From contig CAIMWN010000105.1 in NCBI GenBank assembly GCA_903845155.1, positions 1 to 24,254 on the forward strand: DNA of 24,254 nt, in the 5' to 3' direction. The position numbers were made by a program, and so were the translations under genes. This stretch comes from Oligoflexia bacterium. GTDB lineage: Bacteria > Bdellovibrionota > UBA1018 > CAIMNF01. Every line of letters starts with the position of its first letter. Position 1 is the stretch's first letter. This document shows, piece by piece, positions 9,292 through 17,470 of this stretch. The notes beneath the pieces are model-generated. The model was not told where the DNA came from. It worked only from the letters and a program-made list of their open reading frames with translations, and ran no database searches.

Positions 9292-9330
9292 ATTAGTACA
9301 TTGTCAATCTATGAAAGGACGAACAAAAAA

Positions 9331-10392
9331 ATGAACACTAAACGCACTTTAGGTGTAGTGGGTGCAAGCCTTCTCACTCTAGCAATCATCGTGTCTTGCA
9401 CTAGCGATAGCGCAAAAGCTAAAATTAATTTTGTATATAAAGATGCCCCAAAAGCGGGTGTTGTTGCAAAAATTAATGGAGAAGAAGTTACTGAAGATCA
9501 ACTCATCGGTGACGCTCAACTCGAGCTCATGCAACTGAAAAAACAAGAATATGATCTCAAAATGGGTCAACTCAACAAATTACTCGTTGAGCGTCTCATC
9601 GGAGCGGAAGCGAAAAAAGCCGGTTCCCCTACTACAGAAGATTTTATCAATAAGAACATTGTGAAAGGTGACATTAAAATTTCTGATGCTGAATACAAAA
9701 AATTCGTAAAAGAAAAAAACATCCCTGAGAGCAACATCAATGAGCAAGTAAAAGAACGTATCAACTCTTATATGAAAGAGCAAAAACGTGAAGAAGCGAT
9801 CCAAGCCTACGTTGCTAAACTTACTAAAAGTTCACCTGTTGAAGTTTATTTCAAAAAGCCAAAATCAAACGTGAATGTTGAAGTGGGCGATGCTCCCATT
9901 ACTGGCGGCGATAGCGCTAAAGTAACCATCGTTGAATTCTCTGACTTCCAATGTCCTTTCTGCGGTCGCGCAGCGAAGACCGTAAACGAAGTGAGAAAAA
10001 AATACGGAAACAAAATCAAACTTGCATTCAAACAATTCCCACTTCCAATGCATAAAGATGCAGGCCCAGCTGCTGAAGCGTCAATGTGTGTATTCGAACA
10101 AGGAAAAGACAAGTTTTGGAAATTCGGCGATCTTGCATTCAGTAACCAAGAAAAACTCGGTGCTGACGAACTCGTAAAATATGCAAAATCATCCGGTGCT
10201 GACGAAGCAAAATTCAAAGAATGCGTTGCCGCAAAGAAATATGCGGACTTCGTGAAAAAAGACATGGCATATGGCGAGAAACTAGGCGTTCGCTCTACCC
10301 CAACTTTTTTCATCAACGGACAACTCTTGAGTGGTGCATTGCCACTGGAAGCTTTCTCTGAAGTGATCGACGAAGAACTCAATTCTAAGTAA
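9331..10392 (+). CDS. Lipoprotein with a SurA_N-like segment fused to a DsbA/thioredoxin-fold domain
   Basis: The ATG at 9331 gives MNTKRTLGVVGASLLTLAIIVSCTSD (lipobox). VVAKINGEEVTEDQLIGDAQLELM resembles the SurA N-terminal domain. The DsbA part has VEFSDFQCPFCGRAAKTV (CPFC active site) and the cis-Pro loop VRSTPTFFINGQLLSGALP. Confidence 0.88.
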   Translation: MNTKRTLGVVGASLLTLAIIVSCTSDSAKAKINFVYKDAPKAGVVAKINGEEVTEDQLIGDAQLELMQLKKQEYDLKMGQLNKLLVERLIGAEAKKAGSPTTEDFINKNIVKGDIKISDAEYKKFVKEKNIPESNINEQVKERINSYMKEQKREEAIQAYVAKLTKSSPVEVYFKKPKSNVNVEVGDAPITGGDSAKVTIVEFSDFQCPFCGRAAKTVNEVRKKYGNKIKLAFKQFPLPMHKDAGPAAEASMCVFEQGKDKFWKFGDLAFSNQEKLGADELVKYAKSSGADEAKFKECVAAKKYADFVKKDMAYGEKLGVRSTPTFFINGQLLSGALPLEAFSEVIDEELNSK

Positions 10393-10415
10393 TCACAGTC
10401 TAAAAAGTTAACCTT

Positions 10416-10450
10416 AAAACCCACCCCGAGTTTCTTGGGGTGGGTTTTTT
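10416..10450 (+). terminator. Strong intrinsic terminator downstream of the DsbA-like gene
   Basis: AAAACCCACCCC-GAGTTTCTT-GGGGTGGGTTTTTT: perfect 11-bp stem (AAACCCACCCC / GGGGTGGGTTT) with a 9-nt loop and a T-tract. Confidence 0.95.
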
Positions 10451-10503
10451 ATTTTTGGGCAAAACCATTGGCACGTTCAGATGAGTTAAGCTATTCTTCA
10501 TGA

Positions 10504-11913
10504 ATGCAGGCTTACTGGAATACAGAAAAAATTGCAGCAATATTGGCAACTCCACTGACGGGTCCAAAGCAAGACATCACCCACGTCACCACCGACTCGC
10601 GTGCAGTCACCCCTGGTTGCCTTTTTGTGGCGCTCAAGGGCGATACTTTCGATGGTCATAACTATATTGTGCAAGCAATAGAGAAAGGCGCAAGAGCCAT
10701 CATCTCCGAACATGCAGTGGAACTCAAACCTCATGAGCAAACTCAAATTTTTGTGGTCAGCTCTTCTATGTTAGCCATTCGCCAACTAGCGCACACTTAT
10801 AGAAAAGAATTTTCTATTCCCTTTATTGGAGTCGTGGGTAGCGTAGGAAAGACCACCACCAAAGAGCTGATCTCAAGCATCCTTCAGGGCAAATACAAAA
10901 ACGTACTCAAGACCGAAGGAAGTCAAAACGGCTTTTTAGGAATTCCACTTACCCTTCTCCGTTTACAGAAATCGGATGAAATTGCAGTCATTGAAATTGG
11001 CATCGACGATATCGACACCATGGATCAACACCTTACATTAGTAGAACCCACTCACTTGATCCTCACTGCAACAGGCCCTGAACATCTCCACCAACTGAAA
11101 ACGGTAGACATCGCCGCGAATGAAGAGCTCAAAGCATTCGATTACGCACTCAAACACGGCCTCCCATTTGCCATCAATCTTTCAGATGAATACGTATCAG
11201 GCTGGTATCAACGAAACCAACAAGCCCTTACAGCAACCCTCATTAGAACTTACTCACTTCGCCCTATCAATCCCACTTCAGTATTGGCAGATTACATTGG
11301 GAAATACGCTCCTGAGAAGGGCATCCTTCAGGTCAGTCATCAGGGCAAAGTCACTTCTTTTCACTTACCTCTTCCTGGCGAACACCACGCGCACAATCTT
11401 TTAGCGGCACTCACTCTGAGTTCATTCTTTAATCTCAGTCTCGGACAACTTCAGCAAGGGCTTGCGCAATTTAAGACTGCTTATGGGCGCACGGAAGTTT
11501 ACAAACTTAAGAATAACATCGAAGTCATCGGCGACTATTACAATTCAAACCCCACTTCAGTAAAGGCTGCACTTCAATTACTTACGGAAAAGGAATGCAA
11601 GGGACAAACTCACGCTGTGCTTGCCGACATGTTAGAACTCGGTGATGATGAAGAAACCTTTCATCGTGAACTTGCACCATTGATCATTTCTCACTCCATT
11701 TCAAAAGTTTGGTTATATGGCGAGCGTATGAAATGGCTTTTTGATGCGTTAAAAAAGTTAAACTACACCGCGATTCAACACTTCGCGAACTACGATGAGT
11801 TGATTCAGGCATTGAACCAAAATATTCACACCAATGATTTTGTTCTCGTAAAAGGTTCGCGAGGAATGAAAATGGAAATCGTACTCAAGGGCCTCCTCCA
11901 GCACTTCAGCTAA
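10504..11913 (+). CDS. murF: UDP-N-acetylmuramoyl-tripeptide--D-alanyl-D-alanine ligase
   Basis: Mur ligase features: THVTTDSRAVTPGCLFVALKGDTFDGHNYI, GVVGSVGKTTTKELI, YGRTEVYKLKNNIEVIGDYYNSNPTSVKAAL, DMLELGDDEE. Confidence 0.95.
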   Translation: MQAYWNTEKIAAILATPLTGPKQDITHVTTDSRAVTPGCLFVALKGDTFDGHNYIVQAIEKGARAIISEHAVELKPHEQTQIFVVSSSMLAIRQLAHTYRKEFSIPFIGVVGSVGKTTTKELISSILQGKYKNVLKTEGSQNGFLGIPLTLLRLQKSDEIAVIEIGIDDIDTMDQHLTLVEPTHLILTATGPEHLHQLKTVDIAANEELKAFDYALKHGLPFAINLSDEYVSGWYQRNQQALTATLIRTYSLRPINPTSVLADYIGKYAPEKGILQVSHQGKVTSFHLPLPGEHHAHNLLAALTLSSFFNLSLGQLQQGLAQFKTAYGRTEVYKLKNNIEVIGDYYNSNPTSVKAALQLLTEKECKGQTHAVLADMLELGDDEETFHRELAPLIISHSISKVWLYGERMKWLFDALKKLNYTAIQHFANYDELIQALNQNIHTNDFVLVKGSRGMKMEIVLKGLLQHFS

Positions 11914-11933
11914 ACTAAGGATAGAGACCGAAA

Positions 11934-13067
11934 ATGAATACAATTCTTCTTTCTTCCAATCCTGACCAACTTAAAAAAGCGGCTGAACTCCTGAACCAGG
12001 ATGAAGTGGTAGCCCTGCCGACTGAAACAGTTTATGGGCTTGCCGGAAATGCCTTTTCAGTAACGGCAGTAAATAAAATTTTTGCCGCAAAAGAACGCCC
12101 CACCTTTGACCCGCTGATTGTTCATGTTTCATCAGCACTCCTTCATCATTTCAAGAGTCCGGTTCATGCCCTAATAGAGCAGGAAATCCTATCGTCAGAA
12201 ATTTTAACCTGGTCCTGCTTAGAGAAAATAAATCAGGCCATGAGAAAATTTTGGCCAGGCCCCCTCACCTTCGTCCTTCCTCGCGGACCCAAAATTCCTG
12301 ACTTAGTGACGAGTTCCCAAAACACGGTAGGCGTGAGAATGCCCGCACACCTAGTTTTTCAGTCCATCCTTCATGAGACCACATTCCCCCTTGCGGCTCC
12401 GAGCGCAAATTTATTCGGCAGAATTTCGCCCACCACGGCTGCACATGTGAATGAGGAACTGAATGGTAAAATTTCTGCCATTGTAGATGGAGGTGCCTGC
12501 AGGGTAGGCGTGGAATCTACTATTATCAAAGTCACTGAGATAGAAAAAGCACCGGCCACTAAAAATGTGGGATTTCAAGTCCAACTCTTGAGGCCTGGCA
12601 AGGTCAGTAGCACAGAACTATCTTCACTCTTCGGAGTACCCGTAACCCTTCAAAAGTCACTAGGAGAGCAAAATCAGGCGCAACTTGCACCAGGGATGCT
12701 CGATCAGCATTATGCTCCTAGGAAACCCTTTCTACTGGTGCCGCATTCATTTAACGATGAAGCAGCTACGTTAGATTTTTTAAAAACCCACGCCGTTGAA
12801 TTGGGAAACGCCTCAAAGACCGCAATTATTTCGATGCGCAAGCTTCCAGCCTACCTCGGAAATCAAGCCCAACTAAAAACTTTGGTTTTGTCGCCCAATA
12901 ATCAACCTGAAGAAATGGCACAAAACCTTTTTGCCGCTCTTCGCAAATTTGATGAGGACTCGAGCGTAGAGCGGATCATCGCTGACTTGCCAGAAGAACA
13001 TTCACAAGGAATAACTGCTGCGATTGCGGATCGTTTACGACGTGCGAGCAGTAATAAACCCAGCTGA
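11934..13067 (+). CDS. sua5: L-threonylcarbamoyladenylate synthase (Sua5/YwlC/TsaC family, long form with C-terminal Sua5 domain)
   Basis: VVALPTETVYGLAGNAF, AKERPTFDPLIVHV, FWPGPLTFVLP, VGVRMPAH, PLAAPSANLFGRISPTTAAHV; C-terminal LLRPGKVSSTEL and APGMLDQHYAPRKPF. Confidence 0.93.
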   Translation: MNTILLSSNPDQLKKAAELLNQDEVVALPTETVYGLAGNAFSVTAVNKIFAAKERPTFDPLIVHVSSALLHHFKSPVHALIEQEILSSEILTWSCLEKINQAMRKFWPGPLTFVLPRGPKIPDLVTSSQNTVGVRMPAHLVFQSILHETTFPLAAPSANLFGRISPTTAAHVNEELNGKISAIVDGGACRVGVESTIIKVTEIEKAPATKNVGFQVQLLRPGKVSSTELSSLFGVPVTLQKSLGEQNQAQLAPGMLDQHYAPRKPFLLVPHSFNDEAATLDFLKTHAVELGNASKTAIISMRKLPAYLGNQAQLKTLVLSPNNQPEEMAQNLFAALRKFDEDSSVERIIADLPEEHSQGITAAIADRLRRASSNKPS

Positions 13068-13110
13068 TAAATCATCATTGGAAATCGATCGACTAGAGCC
13101 TCATCTATTT

Positions 13111-13980
13111 TCAATTCAAATTCTTAACTAAACTTAAATTTTCAACAATTAGCTCCACTTTACCGGCTTTGTCGCGTCTTAATACATCCACAAAATCATG
13201 ATTATAAAGAACCTCATCGCCAATATAGGACGACTTCGCATGCATGAGTTGCGAAAGAGTGGTATCCACTCCACTAAAACTCACGATGATTTCCGCATTC
13301 CGCGCTCGCCAAATGTCAGCAGTCAAACCGTGGAGTGGGCTTTCAATATCAATGTCATGACAAATAGACCAACTGAGCGCGAAAATGGGTGACGAATCAC
13401 GCTCGAGCTTTAGATCATAGAAATTTCTGAACTTGGTCTTTGGATCATCGATGGCAAGCGAAACTCTGACTCGTGCATCGGTAATATAGTTCTGTCTCGC
13501 ATTGGCCATCCTAAACATGAAACAAGGCACGCCGTCGTACTCCCGTACCACTGCATGATGACTGAAGAGAACTTTCGAGTGCGGTTTTGCAAATCGAGCA
13601 AACACAAGTCCGGTCAATACCGCCACTACGAACAAACTTGAATAAGATTCAAAGGTCACCACCAAGTTCGCAGCAACTCCGATCGGTGCTATTTTGCCAT
13701 ATCCAATCGTCCCGAACGTTTGAACACTAAAGAAAAAACTCTCTAAGTAATGTTGAAATCCATCTTGATACTGAAACCCTTCAAATCCATCCAAGGGGAG
13801 AAAAAAGTAAATCAGTCCAAAAAATGCGTTCGTGAGAAAAAAAACAGCAGTAAACATCGAAGCGAAACCCCACCACGACATTTTCAAAAGGTCGTGGTAG
13901 AGATCGCTAATATGAATCCCTTTTTTAAGGGTAATATTTAAATTGCCGTCTTTTCGGATCGTTCGATATTGAGTACTCAT
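13111..13980 (-). CDS. Inward-rectifier potassium channel (KirBac-like)
   Basis: Two TM segments flank a selectivity filter FFFSVQTFGTIGYGKIAP. The cytoplasmic Kir-type domain has FRMANARQNYITDARVRVSL. Start ATG at 13980, 36 nt downstream of the hppA stop. Confidence 0.88.
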   Translation of the reverse strand: MSTQYRTIRKDGNLNITLKKGIHISDLYHDLLKMSWWGFASMFTAVFFLTNAFFGLIYFFLPLDGFEGFQYQDGFQHYLESFFFSVQTFGTIGYGKIAPIGVAANLVVTFESYSSLFVVAVLTGLVFARFAKPHSKVLFSHHAVVREYDGVPCFMFRMANARQNYITDARVRVSLAIDDPKTKFRNFYDLKLERDSSPIFALSWSICHDIDIESPLHGLTADIWRARNAEIIVSFSGVDTTLSQLMHAKSSYIGDEVLYNHDFVDVLRRDKAGKVELIVENLSLVKNLN

Positions 13981-14016
13981 AACACAGTGCTAAACCAAAA
14001 GGTGGGCCCGACCTTT

Positions 14017-16086
14017 TTAGAGCTTCGCAATGAGTGGCGCAATCAAAAGTGATACGACGCTCATTACTTTAATGAGAATGGCAATACCAGGACCAGAAGT
14101 ATCCTTAAATGGATCTCCTACCATATCGCCCACTACCGCGTTCTTGTGAACGTCTCCGCCTTTTTTGTGGCCGGCAAGTCCGCCCTTTTCAATGAATTTC
14201 TTCGCATTATCCCAAGCTCCACCGGCATTCGCCATATAGAGAGAAAGAGTGGCACCTACTGCAAGCGCACCTGCAAGAAGTCCTGCGAGAGCGGCAGGGC
14301 CCATAGCAAAACCGACAATGACTGGAGAAAGAACTGCAATCAAGCCCGGGAGAATCATTTCTCGAAGCGCTGCTTTGGTTGCAATATCAACGATTTTCTT
14401 TGGTTCTGGATCAGCTTTCAATTCCATGAGGCCTGGAATTTCTTTAAACTGACGGCGAATCTCTTCCACAATCGCACCCGCTGCACGACCCACAGCAAGC
14501 ATAGTGGTAGAACCGACCAAGAATGGAAGGATAGAGCCTACTAAGATACCAATGAGAATATTGGGATCAGTAATAGAGAGAGCCACATTTGCAATACCCG
14601 CAGCTTCACGCACATGATTTACTTCCATGTTGAATGCAGAGAAGAGTGCGAGCACGGTAAGAATCGCTGACCCGATGGCAAAACCTTTACCAATCGCAGC
14701 CGTAGTATTACCCACTGAATCGAGTTCATCGGTAATATCGCGCACCTCTTTTCCAAGGCCCGCCATTTCTGATATTCCACCGGCGTTATCTGAAATGGGG
14801 CCGTAAGCGTCTACCGTCATCACGACTGCAGTTCCGCCTAGCATTCCAACTGCAGAAAGAGCAATCCCGTATAAACCCAAGTATTTATTTGCAAGGTAAG
14901 CAACGAGCGCAACCACAAGCATTGGAATCGCAGTTGATTCCATCCCCACAGCTAAACCTTGAATTAAGTTAGTACCCGCACCAGTAATAGACGCTTCCGC
15001 AATTCTTCTTACCGGAGATGAAGAGGTATAATAGTCAGTCACTAAACCAATGATGGCTCCACCCACAGCGCCCATTGCAATAATTGCAGTCACTGATTGA
15101 GTTATGCCAAGAACATTCATCACTACATATGAAACCACCGCGAGAACGACCGGAGGAAAAATAAGTGATCCACGAAGCACTGTCGCTGGGTTCATTTCCT
15201 TCATTGCGCGAGCGATGAAAATACAAACGATACTGACCGCCAATCCGAGGCCCGATAAAATAAGTGGAAGTCCAATGGCTACCATTTTATTGGAGTCAAC
15301 ATTTCCACCTTCGCCGAGCAATTGTGGAATTTGAGTTTGTGAAGAAGTAATCGCAATCGCCATAGCAGCAACAATAGCCGCAATCATCGATTCATAAATA
15401 TCGGCACCCATTCCGGCAACGTCACCGACATTATCGCCCACATTATCTGCAACCACACCTGGGTTCCGTGGATCGTCTTCTGGAATCCCTTGAATTACTT
15501 TTCCTGCGATATCGGATCCGACGTCAGCAGCCTTAGTATAGATACCGCCACCGATACGTGCGAACAAAGCGATCGATGAAGCACCCACTGCAAATGAGTG
15601 AATAATTGAACTGAGCTCGGCGTGATCTTTAAAGGTGATGTAAACCACTCCAAGACCTACTAAGCCTAAGCCTGCAACCGAAAGGCCCATGACTGCTCCA
15701 CCATCGAGTGCAGTAAGAAGCGCATCTGACCTTTTGCCTAAACGAGCTGATTCAGTAGTACGAACATTCGCGTAGGTTGCGGCTTTCATGCCGACAAAAC
15801 CTGCAAGTAAGCTCAAAAATGCGCCGGTAAGGAACGAAGCTGCAGGAATCCAGCCCAGCCCATAGCCAATCGCGATGAATACCACCACTGCATATACCGA
15901 CAACACTTTATATTGACGGCTCAAGAAGGCCATTGAGCCTTCACGGATGTAACCGGCAATCTTCTGCATGATTTCGTTACCAGCAGGGAGGCTTTTCACC
16001 CGAAAATAGAAAAATACTGCCAAAAATAGGCCGAAAAGACCAAAAATCACAGGTGAGTTCATCCACGAGTTCCACGAATCCAACAT
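14017..16086 (-). CDS. hppA: Membrane-bound ion-translocating pyrophosphatase (K+-dependent type by signature)
   Basis: Very hydrophobic 689 aa. Catalytic motifs [103 protein letters not shown] sequence AAGGAG upstream of the ATG. Confidence 0.97.
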   Translation of the reverse strand: MLDSWNSWMNSPVIFGLFGLFLAVFFYFRVKSLPAGNEIMQKIAGYIREGSMAFLSRQYKVLSVYAVVVFIAIGYGLGWIPAASFLTGAFLSLLAGFVGMKAATYANVRTTESARLGKRSDALLTALDGGAVMGLSVAGLGLVGLGVVYITFKDHAELSSIIHSFAVGASSIALFARIGGGIYTKAADVGSDIAGKVIQGIPEDDPRNPGVVADNVGDNVGDVAGMGADIYESMIAAIVAAMAIAITSSQTQIPQLLGEGGNVDSNKMVAIGLPLILSGLGLAVSIVCIFIARAMKEMNPATVLRGSLIFPPVVLAVVSYVVMNVLGITQSVTAIIAMGAVGGAIIGLVTDYYTSSSPVRRIAEASITGAGTNLIQGLAVGMESTAIPMLVVALVAYLANKYLGLYGIALSAVGMLGGTAVVMTVDAYGPISDNAGGISEMAGLGKEVRDITDELDSVGNTTAAIGKGFAIGSAILTVLALFSAFNMEVNHVREAAGIANVALSITDPNILIGILVGSILPFLVGSTTMLAVGRAAGAIVEEIRRQFKEIPGLMELKADPEPKKIVDIATKAALREMILPGLIAVLSPVIVGFAMGPAALAGLLAGALAVGATLSLYMANAGGAWDNAKKFIEKGGLAGHKKGGDVHKNAVVGDMVGDPFKDTSGPGIAILIKVMSVVSLLIAPLIAKL

Positions 16087-16304
16087 TGTTGTTTCTCCTT
16101 AATATCAATCGCTTAAATAGTTGTAGTTTCGCCACTATTCCCCAAAACTAGCCCCCTGTAAATAGATGAGTCATTTTGGAGGTTGTTTTATACGCCGCAC
16201 CATGCCGGCTAGCTAAGCAAATTCGCTATCCACTGAAAAAGTAGGTGATTTTTGCAACTTAGATGCTTGACTTTAAAGCTACCTTAAGGCAATTTTACAA
16301 ACCT

Positions 16305-16856
16305 ATGTACGCAGTCATTGAAACAGGTGGAAAACAGGTAAGAGTTCAAACAGGCGATATCATTCAAGTTGAAAAACTTACGGGTGATGTCGGTGCTAAA
16401 ATCGTGTTTGATAAGGTGTTATTTTTAAGCAACCCTTCTGAATCTAGTTCAGAAGTAGTGCTTGGACAACCTTATATCAGTGACGCGAAAGTTGAAGCAG
16501 AGATTGTTGCTCAAGGTCGCGATAAAAAAATTACGATTATCAAAATGAAACGTCGTAAACAGTACCGTCGTACTCAAGGCCATCGCCAAGAGCAAACGCA
16601 ACTTATTATTTTAGGTTTGACGGCTGCTGGCAAGAATGCAGAACTTTCGGCTACTGAGAAAAAACTCAAAGTCGCTAAATTCTTCAGTCTATTAAAAGTT
16701 AAAGGCCCTGCAAGTACTACTAAAACTTTAGGCTCTACGAAGAAACGTACACTTGCGAAAAAAGCAGCTTCAATTAGTGCAAAAGCTAGCGGAACAAAAG
16801 CTCCTGCGAAAGCAGCTGCAAAAACTGCCGCTAAAACTACAACTAAAAAAGCTTAA
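16305..16856 (+). CDS. rplU: 50S ribosomal protein L21 with a Lys/Ala-rich C-terminal extension
   Basis: MYAVIETGGKQVRVQTGDIIQVEKL...KRRKQYRRTQGHRQEQTQLIIL is canonical L21. It is followed by an unusual tail ending in ...KKRTLAKKAASISAKASGTKAPAKAAAKTAAKTTTKKA. The ATG at 16305 is preferred over the track start at 16263. Confidence 0.95.
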   Translation: MYAVIETGGKQVRVQTGDIIQVEKLTGDVGAKIVFDKVLFLSNPSESSSEVVLGQPYISDAKVEAEIVAQGRDKKITIIKMKRRKQYRRTQGHRQEQTQLIILGLTAAGKNAELSATEKKLKVAKFFSLLKVKGPASTTKTLGSTKKRTLAKKAASISAKASGTKAPAKAAAKTAAKTTTKKA

Positions 16857-16870
16857 TTAATTTAATAACG

Positions 16871-16890
16871 CTTAGGTTTAGCCACCTAAG
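16871..16890 (+). promoter_or_regulatory. Perfect stem-loop in the rplU-rpmA intergenic region
   Basis: CTTAGGT-TTAGCC-ACCTAAG: 7-bp perfect stem with a 6-nt loop and no following T-tract, so probably not a classic terminator. Confidence 0.5.
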
Positions 16891-16956
16891 GGTAACGAGA
16901 GTGACGCCGGGAAGAGACATCGACCTGGATAACTCGAAGATTGAAAGGTCTCAGTC

Positions 16957-17220
16957 ATGGCACATAAAAAAGCCGGTGGTAGTACAAGAAATGGTCGCGA
17001 TAGTAACCCAAAAATGCTTGGTGTGAAACGCTACGGTGGACAAGTAGTGAAAAGCGGCGAAATTATCGTTCGCCAACGCGGAACTAAGTTTCACCCGGGT
17101 AAAAATGTAGGTCTTGGAAAAGACTTTACTATTTTTGCTACCATTGCAGGCGTAGTGAAATTTGAATACAAAGATCAAAAGCGCCAAAAGATTTCTGTTT
17201 ACGCTGTCGCTGCTGCTTAA
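16957..17220 (+). CDS. rpmA: 50S ribosomal protein L27
   Basis: [61 protein letters not shown] is canonical L27. Confidence 0.98.
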   Translation: MAHKKAGGSTRNGRDSNPKMLGVKRYGGQVVKSGEIIVRQRGTKFHPGKNVGLGKDFTIFATIAGVVKFEYKDQKRQKISVYAVAAA

Positions 17221-17271
17221 GCGCTTCGCTTGCGGTCGAATAAAACCAGGAATTAACAAAAATTTAATAAA

Positions 17272-17307
17272 AAAACCGGGGGCAGATTCTGAACCCGGTT
17301 TTTTTTT
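17272..17307 (+). terminator. Intrinsic terminator after rpmA
   Basis: AAAACCGGG-GGCAGATTCTGAA-CCCGGTTTTTTTTT: strong stem followed by a T-tract. It separates rplU-rpmA from obgE. Confidence 0.88.
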
Positions 17308-17351
17308 GGAAAATTAAAAATGAAGTGTAAGAGCGTTCAACGCCGAGGCAG

Positions 17352-17404
17352 GAGCCGAGGCGTGAGGTTGCAACGCAATGCCGGAACAGGATGCGTAGGC
17401 AAAC
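17352..17404 (+). repeat. Copy A of a 53-bp dispersed imperfect repeat
   Basis: GAGCCGAGGCGTGAGGTTGCAACGCAATGCCGGAACAGGATGCGTAGGCAAAC aligns without gaps to 21875..21927, with 44/53 matches counted by eye. Confidence 0.75.
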
Positions 17405-17418
17405 GGGAAGATGCGAAG

Positions 17419-17447
17419 TTGCAAGAACGCACACTTTCATTTATCAA
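17419..17447 (+). promoter_or_regulatory. Possible sigma70-type promoter for obgE
   Basis: TTGCAA (17419-17424), 17 bp spacer, TATCAA (17442-17447), 24 bp upstream of the obgE ATG and just downstream of repeat copy A. Confidence 0.4.
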
Positions 17448-17470
17448 AAGAACACTAAGAAAAGATTAAG

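Noticed and set aside
9379-10053. Minus-strand ORFs antisense to the DsbA-like lipoprotein (9379..9570, 9567..9764, 9580..9804, 9865..10053), plus 9846..10424 (192 aa).
   Set aside because: The opposite strand encodes a clear lipoprotein/DsbA protein. The antisense peptides are Phe/Ser-rich shadows of Lys/Glu codons.
14146-15334. Several 60-130 aa ORFs on the + strand inside hppA, including the 132-aa ORF 14146..14544.
   Set aside because: Antisense shadows of the strongly conserved hppA frame, with no recognisable motifs. The Lys/Arg/Ser/Thr-rich composition fits reverse-complement coding.
16871-16890. The perfect hairpin between rplU and rpmA as a transcription terminator.
   Set aside because: No downstream T-tract. 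The next bases are GGTAACGAGAG, so it is kept only as a possible regulatory structure.
17352-17404. Repeat copy A as a conserved structured RNA.
   Set aside because: The inner ACGCA/TGCGT stem of copy A is not maintained in copy B (CAGCA/TACGT). Only the 4-bp TTGC/GCAA pair is common to both, so structural conservation cannot be claimed from two copies.
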